A stretch of DNA of 64,000 nucleotides from an uncultured Thiotrichales bacterium (lineage in GTDB: Bacteria > Pseudomonadota > Gammaproteobacteria > UWMA-0217), in contig CAZTOZ010000071.1 in the NCBI GenBank assembly GCA_964614535.1, positions 7,675 through 71,674 on the forward strand, written 5' to 3'. Shown piece after piece: positions 33,279-43,575 of the stretch. Position 1 is the stretch's first letter, and each line of letters starts with the position of its first letter. The notes under the pieces are model-generated. The model did no database searches. It saw nothing but the letters and a program-made list of their open reading frames with translations, and was not told the origin of the DNA. The position numbers and the translations under genes are program-made.

Positions 33279-33329
33279 CCCGAATACTGCGTGAGAATGC
33301 AGGATTTTGGGGTAATCTCGGCGAGGCCG
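33279..33329 (+). repeat. copy 2 of the 51-nt intergenic repeat
   Basis: It matches copy 1 at 46 of 51 positions. It lies about 160-200 nt upstream of the HD-GYP gene, on the opposite strand. Confidence 0.7.
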
Positions 33330-33696
33330 TTTGTTCGATTCAGCGAAAAGCCTGGCCGTCACCATGGTTACCGGTGAATCGGGCACAATGGCCGCCGAGA
33401 TTCTTCCAAACACGGCCTAGCGGCGCTGGTGACACGTCACACCTTGCAATCCCCCCATTATCTTATTAAACAAATCAAGGCGCTATGGCTCACTCTCAGC
33501 ATTCTCTTGAGGTGGTCGGGGTAACTCTTTGGAATTTCCGGAACCGGAGAGGGGAAGACCCTCGAACCCGGTCATGTTTCCCCGCCGGGAACAGGCGATG
33601 AGACGGGCTGTTTCAGCACATTTTCAATGACTTGCCGATATCGACGGGCCCCTCTCCCCCCGCCGGCACATCGGGCAGGCCACCCGTCGGGAATCG

Positions 33697-35289
33697 TCAG
33701 GCGGGCGCGCCGTGCTCGCGGGTGGCATGGAAGCGGATCTCCGGCCACTTCTCCTGCGCCATCTGCAAGTTCACCCGGGTCGGCGCGATATAGACCAGAT
33801 CGCCGCCGTGGTCGATGGCGAGATGGCCAGCCATCTTCTCCTTGAACTGCGCCAACTTTTTTTCGTCGTCGCTGCTGATCCAGCGGGCCGTGGTCACATT
33901 GACGGCCTCGAACCCGCAATCGACGTTGTATTCCGTCTTCAGGCGGTGCGCCACCACATCGAACTGCAACACGCCGACGGCGCCGAGGATCAGGTCGTTG
34001 TTGGTCAACGGCTTGAACAACTGCGTCGCCCCCTCCTCACAGAGCTGGGTCAGCCCCTTGAGCAGCGCCTTCATCTTCAGCGGGTCGCGCAACTGGGCAC
34101 GGCGGAACAGTTCGGGCGCAAAGTTGGGAATCCCGGTGAAACGCAGATCCTCCCCCTGAGTGAAGGTGTCGCCGATGCGGATCGTGCCGTGATTGTGCAG
34201 GCCGATGATGTCGCCGGGATAGGCCGCCTCGACATGATCACGGCTGGCCGCCATGAAGGTGAGCGCATCGGCGATCTTCAGATCCTTGCCGGTGCGTACC
34301 TGGTGGATCTTCATCCCTTTTTCGAAGGTGCCCGAGCAGACGCGGGCAAAGGCGATGCGGTCGCGGTGCTGCGGATCCATATTGGCCTGGATCTTGAAAA
34401 CGAAACAGCTGAACTTCTCCTCGGCCGGGTCGACGACCCGGCTCGACGCATCGCGCGGTAGCGGGCCGGGCGCGTATTCGACGAAATCGTCGAGCAGCTC
34501 GTTGACGCCAAAGTTGTTCAGCGCCGAGCCGAAATAGACCGGCGTCAACCCACCGTCGAGATAGGCCGCCCGATCGAAGCCATGGGAAGCCCCCTGCACC
34601 AACTCGATCTCCTCGCGCAACTCGTCGGCCATGCCGCCGATCAGTTCGTCGAGACGGGGGTTGTCGAGGCCATCGACCACCTCGCCCTCCTGAATCTTGC
34701 CACCATGGGCTGGAGAGAAGAGATGAATCCGGTCGTTGCCGATGTGGTAGACCCCCTTGAGCCGCTTGCCCATGCCGATCGGCCAGGTCATCGGCGCGCA
34801 GCGGATCTTGAGAACCTCCTCCACCTCGTCCAGCAGCTCGATCGGATCCCTGCCCTCGCGGTCGAGCTTGTTGACGAAGGTCATGATCGGGGTGTCACGC
34901 AGCCGGCAGACCTCCATCAGTTTGATCGTCCGCTCCTCGACGCCCTTGGCCACGTCGATGACCATCAGCGCCGAATCCACCGCCGTCAGTGTGCGGTAGG
35001 TGTCCTCGGAGAAATCCTCGTGTCCGGGCGTATCGAGCAGATTGACGATGCGGTCGTTGTATGGAAACTGCATCACCGACGAGGTGACGGAAATCCCCCG
35101 CTGCTTCTCCAGCTCCATCCAGTCTGACGTGGCATGGCGCGCCGCCTTGCGCCCCTTGACCGTCCCGGCCAACTGGATGGCCCGTCCGTAGAGCAGCAGT
35201 TTTTCGGTGATCGTGGTTTTTCCCGCATCGGGGTGGGAGATGATGGCGAAGGTTCTGCGCCGGCGCATTTCCTCGAGGAAACTGGACAT
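33697..35289 (-). CDS. prfC: peptide chain release factor 3
   Basis: The G1 motif '[12 protein letters not shown]' is present. The product is 530 aa. Confidence 0.95.
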   Translation of the reverse strand: MSSFLEEMRRRRTFAIISHPDAGKTTITEKLLLYGRAIQLAGTVKGRKAARHATSDWMELEKQRGISVTSSVMQFPYNDRIVNLLDTPGHEDFSEDTYRTLTAVDSALMVIDVAKGVEERTIKLMEVCRLRDTPIMTFVNKLDREGRDPIELLDEVEEVLKIRCAPMTWPIGMGKRLKGVYHIGNDRIHLFSPAHGGKIQEGEVVDGLDNPRLDELIGGMADELREEIELVQGASHGFDRAAYLDGGLTPVYFGSALNNFGVNELLDDFVEYAPGPLPRDASSRVVDPAEEKFSCFVFKIQANMDPQHRDRIAFARVCSGTFEKGMKIHQVRTGKDLKIADALTFMAASRDHVEAAYPGDIIGLHNHGTIRIGDTFTQGEDLRFTGIPNFAPELFRRAQLRDPLKMKALLKGLTQLCEEGATQLFKPLTNNDLILGAVGVLQFDVVAHRLKTEYNVDCGFEAVNVTTARWISSDDEKKLAQFKEKMAGHLAIDHGGDLVYIAPTRVNLQMAQEKWPEIRFHATREHGAPA

Positions 35290-35462
35290 GGGTGTAGGGG
35301 CCGAAAAGCGTGTAAGGGCGCGGGATTATACAGTATTTAAGGGTATTCTTAATCAGTTGCATCGCCCGACGATTTTAGGCACGATCGACCCACACCACAG
35401 GCAAAGGGCCCCGGTCGACCGACCCGGGCGACCCACCACAGCAACATCACGAGGGTAAAAAA

Positions 35463-35858
35463 ATGGCAGATCTCTTCTCGCCCGAATGGATGGAAGGTTT
35501 CAAGAATGCATGGAATGCCGAACCTGAATTGAAAGACGCACTGGCCGCCATCGGCTTCAACTCCGTCATCGGCTACGGCTTCCCCGATGACGCCAACCCC
35601 ACCGGCGTGCTGGTCGTCGAAAACGGCGAAGCCACCGCCGCCGGCCCCTACGACGGCCAGGAGCTCAACTGGGACATTCGCGCCAAGAAGGCGCAGTGGG
35701 AAAAATGGATGAGCAAGCCACCAGGCATGGCCGGCCTCGGCATGGCATTCACCACTGGCAAGATGAAATTCAAGGTGGGCGACTACGGCTCGATGCTGAA
35801 GGATCCGCGGATGGCCGGGCCGTTCATCAAGAGTTTCAGCGTCATGGCGCGCGTCTGA
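35463..35858 (+). CDS. SCP2-like sterol-binding domain protein (putative)
   Basis: The size (131 aa) and a hydrophobic tunnel pattern suggest the fold. The call is weak. Confidence 0.4.
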   Translation: MADLFSPEWMEGFKNAWNAEPELKDALAAIGFNSVIGYGFPDDANPTGVLVVENGEATAAGPYDGQELNWDIRAKKAQWEKWMSKPPGMAGLGMAFTTGKMKFKVGDYGSMLKDPRMAGPFIKSFSVMARV

Positions 35859-35889
35859 CGGCCAACACCAGCAACACCAAGATGAAAAT

Positions 35890-35925
35890 GGCCCGCCGTA
35901 GCGGGCCATTTTCGTTTGTTCCGGT
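35890..35925 (+). terminator. Rho-independent terminator
   Basis: The hairpin is GGCCCGCcgtaGCGGGCC, followed by ATTTTCGTTTGTT. Confidence 0.8.
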
Positions 35926-35940
35926 ATAGAATAGCGTCCC

Positions 35941-36378
35941 ATGAGCCTCTTCAAGACCAGCGAATCGGCCCGCAAGGGCGAACAATTCGATCTCGACGCC
36001 ACCCTCGACGCCATCCGATTCAACGCCGACGGCCTGGTGCCCGCCATCGCCCAGCAATACGACAGCGGCGAAGTGCTGATGATGGCCTGGATGAACCCAC
36101 AATCGATTCGCGAGACACTGGCCACCGGCCGGGTCTGCTACTGGTCGCGCTCGCGGCAGCAATACTGGCGCAAGGGCGAGTCGTCGGGGCAAGTCCAGCA
36201 GCTCAAGGAGATGCGCATCGACTGCGATGGCGACACACTGCTGTTGCTGGTCGATCAGACCGGCCCGGCCTGCCACACCGGACGCAAGAGCTGTTTCTAC
36301 AACCGGATCCGCGACGGCCACATGGAGGTGGACAGCGAACCGTTGATCGATCCCGCAACGCTCTACGGCAAGTCGTGA
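35941..36378 (+). CDS. hisI: phosphoribosyl-AMP cyclohydrolase (stand-alone)
   Basis: The HisI Zn/Mg sites are present ('CDGD', 'C...H'). The product is 145 aa. Confidence 0.9.
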   Translation: MSLFKTSESARKGEQFDLDATLDAIRFNADGLVPAIAQQYDSGEVLMMAWMNPQSIRETLATGRVCYWSRSRQQYWRKGESSGQVQQLKEMRIDCDGDTLLLLVDQTGPACHTGRKSCFYNRIRDGHMEVDSEPLIDPATLYGKS

Positions 36379-36602
36379 AAAAACTCCTCACCGGGCTGAT
36401 CAAGATCTACAGCGCCATCATCAGCCCCTATATCGGCCACAGCTGCCGCTACACCCCCACCTGCTCCGCCTATGCCATCGAAGCCATCGAACGACATGGC
36501 GCGCTCAAGGGATTGTGGCTCGGCGCCCGCCGCGTGCTGCGCTGCCATCCGTTTCACGAGGGGGGCATCGATCCGGTGCCGGCACCGCGGAAAAAATCGT
36601 AG
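36375..36602 (+). CDS. yidD: membrane protein insertion efficiency factor YidD
   Basis: 'YQ..ISP....CR..PTCS.YA..A' is present. The GTG start overlaps the hisI stop (GTGA). Confidence 0.8.
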   Translation: MKKLLTGLIKIYSAIISPYIGHSCRYTPTCSAYAIEAIERHGALKGLWLGARRVLRCHPFHEGGIDPVPAPRKKS

Positions 36603-36652
36603 CGACGACGGGCTCTGCTACAATTTCCCCAAACCCGCCACTGACCAACACC

Positions 36653-36901
36653 ATGAGCGAACTGCGCGGCCTGGTGCCCCCCGATCCGTTGACCAAGGTC
36701 TCCCAACGACACTACGCCGTCGTCTATGTGCCACGGCGCAGCCGCAAACGCTTCGCCGCCAACTGCGTCGAAGTGGTCGACAGCCTCGACGAGGCGCTGG
36801 CCAGGGCCGATCCCGACAACAAGCGCTACGCGGCCACGGTGATCGGGCCGTCGAAGTCGTCGGAAGGGCAGTACATCTACTACCTGTCGGAGTGGCTCTG
36901 A
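36653..36901 (+). CDS. hypothetical protein (82 aa)
   Basis: This is an ORF only. The start is taken at the first in-frame ATG after yidD. Confidence 0.35.
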   Translation: MSELRGLVPPDPLTKVSQRHYAVVYVPRRSRKRFAANCVEVVDSLDEALARADPDNKRYAATVIGPSKSSEGQYIYYLSEWL

Positions 36902-36926
36902 CAAGGCGCGGGGCAGACAGCCTCTC

Positions 36927-37577
36927 TCACTGTTCCGCCAGCCGGGCAAGACTCTCCCCGGCGATTTCCCGCACTTCGGGGTCTTCGTCCCGCAGACAGC
37001 GTTCGAGAGGGGGGCGCGCCTCCGGCGCGCCGGTGAGCCCGAGGTAGTGGCAGGCGTCGGCCCGCACCTCGACCGACGGACTGCGCGTCAACTCCCCCAG
37101 CGCATCGACGGCAGCGGCCAGTTGGGGCGTACCCTCCAGCGATTCGAAAATGGCGCCAAGCCCTGCCTTGACGTTGATCTTCTGCGCCGGATCGGCAAGC
37201 AGCCGGAGCAACGCCGCCATGCTGTCGGGCGTCTGTTCGACGAAGCGGGTGGCCTCGTCGAGCTGCCCACTGGCGAGCATCTCCGCCAGGTAGTCGGCCT
37301 GCCCTTCCACGCTGCCGGCCTTCTCCGCCCACGCCTCCAGCTCCGGCCGGCGATGGGCGCCAGTGAGGACGAAACCACCGATGCGAATCCACGGCACCGA
37401 ACGGACGCCGAGCGCTTCGGCCACCTCTGGCCGGGCTTCCAGATTGACCGCCTCCAGCCGGCCGATCGTGCCCGCCTTGAGCATCTCCGCCAGCGCCGCC
37501 AATACCACCGGACAGTGGGGACAGTGGGTGCCGACGACGATCATCGCATCGGGCACGGTGGAACGGGTTTCCTTCAT
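36927..37577 (-). CDS. thioredoxin-fold (CPHCP) protein fused to C-terminal HEAT-like repeats
   Basis: A 'GTHCPHCP' redox motif is present. The C-terminal PBS-lyase/HEAT-like 'DEDPEVREIA' repeats follow. Confidence 0.6.
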   Translation of the reverse strand: MKETRSTVPDAMIVVGTHCPHCPVVLAALAEMLKAGTIGRLEAVNLEARPEVAEALGVRSVPWIRIGGFVLTGAHRRPELEAWAEKAGSVEGQADYLAEMLASGQLDEATRFVEQTPDSMAALLRLLADPAQKINVKAGLGAIFESLEGTPQLAAAVDALGELTRSPSVEVRADACHYLGLTGAPEARPPLERCLRDEDPEVREIAGESLARLAEQ

Positions 37578-39448
37578 TGCTGTGCCTCCAGTTCTTCCCA
37601 GCGCGCATAGGCCTGCGCCAACTCCGCCTCGATGGTCTCCTGTTCACGGGTGACGGCGGCCACCTCGTCGGCATGGTCACGATAGAAATCGGGATCGGCC
37701 AGCCGCGCGTGTACGGCCTCGAGCCGTTGCTCCAGCGCTTCGATCCGCTGTGGCAACGCCTCCAGCTCCCGTTTCGCATTGTAGCTGAGCTTCTTCTGCT
37801 GCGGTCGCGGGCGGTTTCTGCCGTCGCGCCTGGAGGCCGGGCCGGGCGCCGTCTCCGCCACCTCGGGCCGCTGTCGCAACCAGTCGCGATAGCCACCCAC
37901 ATATTCGTTGACCACACCATCGCCCTCGAACACCAGCGTCGAGGTGACGACATTGTCGAGAAATTCACGGTCATGGCTGACCAACAGCACGGTACCGTCG
38001 AACTCGACCAGCAGCGACTCGAGCAATTCCAGCGTCTCCACGTCGAGATCGTTGGTGGGCTCATCCAGCACCAGCAGATTGGCCGGACGGGCGAACAGCT
38101 TGGCCAGCAACAGCCGGTTCTTCTCGCCACCGGAGAGCTTGGTGATCGGCGCCCGGGCCCGTGCCGGCGAAAAGAGAAAATCCTGCAAATAGGAGATGAC
38201 ATGCTTCGGCCGGCCGTTGACGACGATGCGATCGGAACCGCCAGCGACATTCTCCTGGGCCGTCTGGGACGGATCGAGCGACGCCCTCAACTGATCGAAA
38301 TAGGCCACCTGGAGATTGGTGCCCACCCTGATCCTGCCCGAGCGCGGCTGCAACCGCCCCAGCAGCAGCTCGATCAGCGTCGATTTGCCGACGCCGTTGG
38401 GCCCGAGAATACCGATCTTGTCGCCCCGCAATATCGTCGTGGAGAAATCACGGACGATGGGCTTGCCGTCGTAGTCGAAACCGACATCCTGTGCTTCGAT
38501 GACGATCTTGCCGGAGGCATCGGCCGCGTTGACCTGGATATTGGCCTGACCGATGCGTTGCCGCCGCGCGGCCCGGTCCCGCCGCATCTTCTCCAGCGCC
38601 CGCACCCGCCCTTCATTGCGGGTGCGGCGCGCCTTGATGCCCTGACGAATCCACGTCTCCTCCTGCGCAAGCCGCTTGTCGAACTCGGCCTGCTGCCGCG
38701 CCTCGACCGCAAGCGCATCCGCCTTGCCGCGCAGATAGGCCGCGTAGTCGCCGGGCCAGCTGGTGATGCGGCCGCGGTCGATCTCGACGATGCGGGTGGC
38801 GAGCCGGCGCAGGAAGGCGCGATCATGGGTGACGAAGACCAGCGTCAGCCCGGCGCCGAGCAGAAAATCCTCCAGCCATTCGATCGACGCCACGTCGAGG
38901 TGGTTGCTGGGCTCGTCCAGCAACAGAATATCGGGCTCGCTGACCAGCGCCCGCGCCAACAGAACCCGCCGTTTCAATCCGCCGGAGAGAGTGACCACAT
39001 CGGCATCGGCCGGCAACCCCAACCGCGAGAGGGTGGTGGCGATGCGCTGCTCGATGCGCCAGCCGTCGGCGGCCTCGATCCGCTGCTGCAACCGCGTCAT
39101 CTCCTCCATCGCGCCACGGGCGCCGAGGTCCTGGGTGACATGGTGATAGCGGGCGATGATCTCCCCCAGGTCGCCCAACCCGGCGGCGACGACATCATAG
39201 ACGTTGCCGTCGATCCGGCGCGGCACCTCCTGCTCCAGCCGCGCGATCCTCACCCCCTGCTGCAGGGAGATCTCACCGTCGTCGGGACGGATCTCGCCGG
39301 CAATGATCTTGAGCAGCGTCGACTTTCCCTCGCCATTGCGTCCCACCAGCGCCACCCGCTCGCCACGCTCCAGTGAGAATTCGACACCATCGAGCAACGG
39401 CGGCAGGCCGTAGCTCAGATGGATGTCCTGCAACCGCAACAGCGCCAT
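37574..39448 (-). CDS. uup: ABC-F family ATPase (Uup-like)
   Basis: Two ABC cassettes (Walker A 'GRNGEGKST' and 'GPNGVGKST') and a C-terminal coiled coil are present. The product is 624 aa. Confidence 0.85.
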   Translation of the reverse strand: MALLRLQDIHLSYGLPPLLDGVEFSLERGERVALVGRNGEGKSTLLKIIAGEIRPDDGEISLQQGVRIARLEQEVPRRIDGNVYDVVAAGLGDLGEIIARYHHVTQDLGARGAMEEMTRLQQRIEAADGWRIEQRIATTLSRLGLPADADVVTLSGGLKRRVLLARALVSEPDILLLDEPSNHLDVASIEWLEDFLLGAGLTLVFVTHDRAFLRRLATRIVEIDRGRITSWPGDYAAYLRGKADALAVEARQQAEFDKRLAQEETWIRQGIKARRTRNEGRVRALEKMRRDRAARRQRIGQANIQVNAADASGKIVIEAQDVGFDYDGKPIVRDFSTTILRGDKIGILGPNGVGKSTLIELLLGRLQPRSGRIRVGTNLQVAYFDQLRASLDPSQTAQENVAGGSDRIVVNGRPKHVISYLQDFLFSPARARAPITKLSGGEKNRLLLAKLFARPANLLVLDEPTNDLDVETLELLESLLVEFDGTVLLVSHDREFLDNVVTSTLVFEGDGVVNEYVGGYRDWLRQRPEVAETAPGPASRRDGRNRPRPQQKKLSYNAKRELEALPQRIEALEQRLEAVHARLADPDFYRDHADEVAAVTREQETIEAELAQAYARWEELEAQQ

Positions 39449-41719
39449 CTACTTGCGCGCCTTGGCAAACGCCGCCGCCATCGCACCGGCCGGCGTGGCC
39501 TGCTGCCGGGACCGCCCCCGCCGACCGGCGGCGCGGCTCGGCGCCGCCCGTGCACCACCACGCTCGTCGAGGCGCATCGTCAACGCGATGCGTTGGCGCT
39601 TCTCATCCACCTCCACCACTTTCACCTTGACCACCTGCCCGGCCGCCACCACGTCATGGGGGTCCTTGACGAAGCGGTCGGCCAGGCGGGAGACGTGCAC
39701 CAGGCCGTCCTGATGCACGCCGATGTCGACGAAGGCGCCGAAGTGGGTCACATTGGTGACCACCCCCTCCAGCACCATTCCGGGCGCCAGGTCGGCCACG
39801 GTCTCGACCCCTTCACGAAAACTGGCGGTGACGAACTCGGGACGCGGGTCGCGACCCGGCTTCTCCAGCTCGCCGAGAATGTCCCGCACCGTCGGCAGGC
39901 CGAAGCGCTCGTCGGTGAAGCGGGCCGGGTCGAGCGAGCGCAACAGTGCGCGATCGCCGATCAGCTCGCCGACCGGCCTGCCGGTGAATTCGACGATGCG
40001 TTCGACCACCGGATAGGCCTCGGGATGGACCGCGGAAGCGTCCAGCGGATCGTCGCCGTCCATGATGCGCAGGAACCCGGCCGCCTGCTCGAAGGCCTTG
40101 GGACCGAGCCGGGGCACCCTCATCAGCTGTTTGCGGCTGCGAAAGGCGCCTTCGGCATCGCGGTGGGCGACGATGTTTCGCGCCAACGTCGGCGACAACC
40201 CGGAAACCCGCGTCAGCAATGGTACCGAGGCGGTATTGACATCGACGCCGACGGCGTTGACACAGTCCTCCACCACCGCATCGAGCTTGCGCCCCAGCGC
40301 CGTCTGATTGACGTCGTGCTGGTACTGGCCGACCCCGATCGACTTGGGGTCGATCTTCACCAGCTCCGCCAGTGGATCCTGCAAGCGCCGCGCGATCGAT
40401 ACCGCGCCACGCAGCGACACGTCCAGATCGGGGAACTCCTCCGACGCCAGCGCCGAGGCCGAATAGACCGATGCGCCCGCCTCCGAGACCACCACCTGGG
40501 TCAACCGCAGCTCGGGATGGCGCCGCCGCAATTCGGTCACCAGCCGGTCCGTCTCCCGCGAGGCGGTGCCATTGCCGATGCTCACCAGCTCGACGCCATG
40601 GCGCAACGCCAGCCGCGCCAGCTCGTCGATGGAACGGTCCCACTGCTTCTTCGGCGGGTGGGGATAGATCGTCGCCGTCTCCAGCAGCTTGCCAGTGGCA
40701 TCGATCACCGCCACCTTGACACCAGTGCGGATTCCCGGATCCAGCCCCATGCAGACTCTCGGCCCGGCTGGCGCCGCCAGCAGCAGATCACCGAGATTCC
40801 GTCCGAAGACGTCGATGGCGGCGGCCTCGGCCATTTCGCGCAGCCGCAGATAGAGCTCCACCTCCAGCTTGTTGTGGAGTTTGACCTTCCAGGTCCAGGC
40901 GACCGCCTGACGGAGAAAACCGTCGGCGGGACGGCCTCGCTCCTCGATACCGAAACGGCGGGCGATCCGCTGCTCGCAAGGGTGCGGCGCCGCCGTATCG
41001 TGCTCGACATCGAGCGACAGCGACAGCACCCCCTCGTTGCGGCCCCGAAACAGCGCCAGCGCCCGGTGGGACGGTACCCTGGCGATCGGCTCGGCATAGT
41101 CGAAATAGTCGGCGAACTTGTGTCCGGTCTCCGCCTTCCCCTCGACCACCGTCGAGCGCAGCAATGCGTGCCGCCAGAAATACTCCCGCAACGTGGCCAG
41201 CAGCTCGGCATCCTCGGCGAAACGCTCCATCAGGATCTGCCGCGCGCCGTCGAGGGCCGTGGTCGCATCGGCCACGCCGTTGTCGGGATCGACGAATCGC
41301 GCCGCCTCCTCCGCCGGCGTCAGGGCCGGATCTTCCAGCAAGGCCAGCGCCAACGGTTCGAGCCCCGCCTCACGGGCGATCTGCGCCTTGGTACGCCGCT
41401 TCGGCTTGTAGGGAAGATAGAGATCCTCCAGCTCGGTCTTGGTCGCGGCCGCCTCGATGCGGGCCCGCAACGCCCCATCCAGCTTGCCCTGCTCGTCGAT
41501 GGACTTGAGGATCGCGGCGCGGCGCTCGTCCAGCTCGCGCAGATAGGCGAGCCGCGACGCCAGCGTCCGCAACTGGACGTCGTCGAGCCCGCCGGTGGCC
41601 TCCTTGCGATAGCGGGCGATGAACGGCACGGTGGCGCCCTCGTCGAGGAGCGCAATCGCGGCTTCGGCCTGGCGGGCGTCGATCTTCAGCTCCGTGGCAA
41701 TCTGGTCGGCAATGGGCAT
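39449..41719 (-). CDS. tex: transcription accessory protein Tex (YqgF/HhH/S1 domains)
   Basis: The start is taken at MPIADQIA. The product is 756 aa with an S1 domain near the C-terminus. The 277-codon N-terminal extension in the track was rejected. Confidence 0.9.
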   Translation of the reverse strand: MPIADQIATELKIDARQAEAAIALLDEGATVPFIARYRKEATGGLDDVQLRTLASRLAYLRELDERRAAILKSIDEQGKLDGALRARIEAAATKTELEDLYLPYKPKRRTKAQIAREAGLEPLALALLEDPALTPAEEAARFVDPDNGVADATTALDGARQILMERFAEDAELLATLREYFWRHALLRSTVVEGKAETGHKFADYFDYAEPIARVPSHRALALFRGRNEGVLSLSLDVEHDTAAPHPCEQRIARRFGIEERGRPADGFLRQAVAWTWKVKLHNKLEVELYLRLREMAEAAAIDVFGRNLGDLLLAAPAGPRVCMGLDPGIRTGVKVAVIDATGKLLETATIYPHPPKKQWDRSIDELARLALRHGVELVSIGNGTASRETDRLVTELRRRHPELRLTQVVVSEAGASVYSASALASEEFPDLDVSLRGAVSIARRLQDPLAELVKIDPKSIGVGQYQHDVNQTALGRKLDAVVEDCVNAVGVDVNTASVPLLTRVSGLSPTLARNIVAHRDAEGAFRSRKQLMRVPRLGPKAFEQAAGFLRIMDGDDPLDASAVHPEAYPVVERIVEFTGRPVGELIGDRALLRSLDPARFTDERFGLPTVRDILGELEKPGRDPRPEFVTASFREGVETVADLAPGMVLEGVVTNVTHFGAFVDIGVHQDGLVHVSRLADRFVKDPHDVVAAGQVVKVKVVEVDEKRQRIALTMRLDERGGARAAPSRAAGRRGRSRQQATPAGAMAAAFAKARK

Positions 41720-41884
41720 GGCTGTCGGTCCGGGTGGAAAAACGGGTGCAGGATGATAATTCATTTGGCGACGCAACGGTTCCTCCCGGACACGCGCCAC
41801 GCGCCTTCGAAAAACGGGGGCAATGGTAGCAGACCGTTTCCATGCCTGGATGCGCCCATCGCGGCGCGGCGATACAATCCGGCC

Positions 41885-42706
41885 ATGACCATCAACGAAG
41901 CCCATATCGCGCTGGCCACGCGGCTGCTCGACGCCATCGACTTTCCCAAGGTCGCACGGATCCATCTGCCACCATCGGCCGAGCACGGCGGAAAGGACGA
42001 CGATTTCGGCTTCGTTTTTCTCACCGACGGTTCCGTCGGCGCTTTCTACACCCACCTCGAAGACACCCTCCCCCGGCTGCGGAGGCGCCACACCCTGCCC
42101 GCGCCAACGGCACTGCCCGAGCTGTTGGCACAACGCGATCTGGCCGACCGGGCGGTGGGCATCGGGCTGTTCAATGCGATCGGCGCCCACCTGATGAGGC
42201 GCGCCCGTTTCCAGCCGCCCCAGGCGACGAGAAGCGACGGGGCGCACGAGCCCGACGCCGGCGAGACAGTGGGGATGGTGGGCTATTTCTGCCCATTGGT
42301 GGAAAAACTCACGCGGCGGGGCTGCCGCGTCGTCGTCCTCGAACGACAGCCGGAACGGGTGACGACCGGTCCCGGTGTCAGCGTGGCCACCGACCCGGCC
42401 GTGCTGGCCGACTGCCGGTCGATCGTCTGCACCGGCGCCACGCTGATCAACGACACGCTCGACGAGCTGCTGGCCGCCGCCGGGCCGGGCAAGCCGTTCA
42501 ACCTCATCGGCCCCACCGCCAGCCTGTTGCCCGACGCGCTGTTCGAACACGGGATCAGCGCCACCGGCGGGGTGTTTTTCCCCGATGCGGAAAGACTGAA
42601 GGAAAAACTGGACGCCGCGGAATCCTGGGGGGCGACCGGGCGGAAATTCCAGCTGACGCCCAGCAACTATCCGGGGGTCGATGCGCTGCTGGCGGCGGCG
42701 ACCTGA
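41885..42706 (+). CDS. DUF4213/DUF364 Rossmann-like protein (putative)
   Basis: It was found in the third frame of a region the track covers with spurious ORFs. The '[10 protein letters not shown]' block is DUF364-like. It is divergent from tex. Confidence 0.5.
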   Translation: MTINEAHIALATRLLDAIDFPKVARIHLPPSAEHGGKDDDFGFVFLTDGSVGAFYTHLEDTLPRLRRRHTLPAPTALPELLAQRDLADRAVGIGLFNAIGAHLMRRARFQPPQATRSDGAHEPDAGETVGMVGYFCPLVEKLTRRGCRVVVLERQPERVTTGPGVSVATDPAVLADCRSIVCTGATLINDTLDELLAAAGPGKPFNLIGPTASLLPDALFEHGISATGGVFFPDAERLKEKLDAAESWGATGRKFQLTPSNYPGVDALLAAAT

Positions 42707-42763
42707 AGAACCGCCTCCAAAGGCGCCGTGGGACGGGTGGCGGAAAAAACGTCGTTGCGCACC

Positions 42764-43126
42764 TCAACCCGCCCGATCGATATGAACCCCTTTCAGGCGC
42801 AACGCCACCAACAGCGCACGGGTCTCGCGCCCCATTCCGTCGAGATCCAGCACCTTGGCGCCTTTCAGGTAGCGATGCTCGTCGAGGTAGAGCTGGGTGA
42901 TTTTCGGTTGCCGGCCCAAGCCACGAAAAACGGCGGCGATGATCTCGCTGATCGACTCGTAGGGCGAATCGACGAAGTAGAGCCGCCCCCGCCCGCTGCG
43001 ATAATGGACCCGCCCCGGGCAGAGATTGTAGAACACCCTTGCTTCGTCGTCGGTCGCCAGCAAACCGGTGGCGCGCCTGCGCGCCACGGCCGAACGCGCG
43101 CAACGGGAGCTGACGGGACCGATCAT
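42764..43126 (-). CDS. YcgL-domain-like small protein (start uncertain, possibly near 43036)
   Basis: 'CPGRVHYRSGRGRLYFV...F.GLG.P' resembles E. coli YcgL 'CVIYRSSKRDQTYLYV...FGQP'. Confidence 0.4.
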   Translation of the reverse strand: MIGPVSSRCARSAVARRRATGLLATDDEARVFYNLCPGRVHYRSGRGRLYFVDSPYESISEIIAAVFRGLGRQPKITQLYLDEHRYLKGAKVLDLDGMGRETRALLVALRLKGVHIDRAG

Positions 43127-43148
43127 CGCTCTTCCAACGCCTCGCCGG

Positions 43149-43496
43149 TCAGATCTTCTCGCGGATCCTGGAAATGCCTTCCTTCACTTCCTCGCGCAGT
43201 TTTTTTGCCAGTTCCCACCCTTCGTGGACCTTCTCCTCCGAGGCATCGACCAGTTCGCCCGCCTTTTCCTTCAACTCCGACAGCTTCTCCTCGATCTTGT
43301 CCCACTCCTCCTCCATCTCCAGCTTCGCCAGGTGCATCCGCACCCGCCACTCGTCCTTGTTGGCGTATTTCTCCTGCAACTCTTCCAGCTCTTCCTCGAT
43401 CTCCAGCTTGGCGATCTGCAGTCTGATCTCGAGTTCTTTCTTCTCCTCCTTGAGTTCCTCGACGAGGTTGGCAAATTTCTCTTTCAGGTCGATCAT
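43149..43496 (-). CDS. Glu/Lys-rich coiled-coil protein (LEA/phasin-like), hypothetical
   Basis: The product is 115 aa, with more than 50% E+K and heptad periodicity. The local GC content (about 55%) is below the window average. Confidence 0.55.
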   Translation of the reverse strand: MIDLKEKFANLVEELKEEKKELEIRLQIAKLEIEEELEELQEKYANKDEWRVRMHLAKLEMEEEWDKIEEKLSELKEKAGELVDASEEKVHEGWELAKKLREEVKEGISRIREKI

Positions 43497-43575
43497 CGTT
43501 CATTCCTCCACGGTTTGATGGACATACCGGCTACCTCTTGGATAGCACATGCGGCCGGCACCGGTTTGATCCAGG

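Noticed and set aside
39419-42706. 1095-aa plus-strand ORF, the longest in the track
   Set aside because: It is antisense to tex. Its composition is Arg/Gly/Ala-rich, as expected from a GC-rich antisense frame, and it has no domain motifs. Only its last about 270 codons (41885-42706) correspond to a plausible gene (DUF364-like), with its own ATG.
41842-42900. 352-aa Arg-rich plus-strand ORF
   Set aside because: It is frame-shifted relative to the DUF364-like gene, which has a hydrophobic, domain-like translation. It is more than 30% Arg/Gly.
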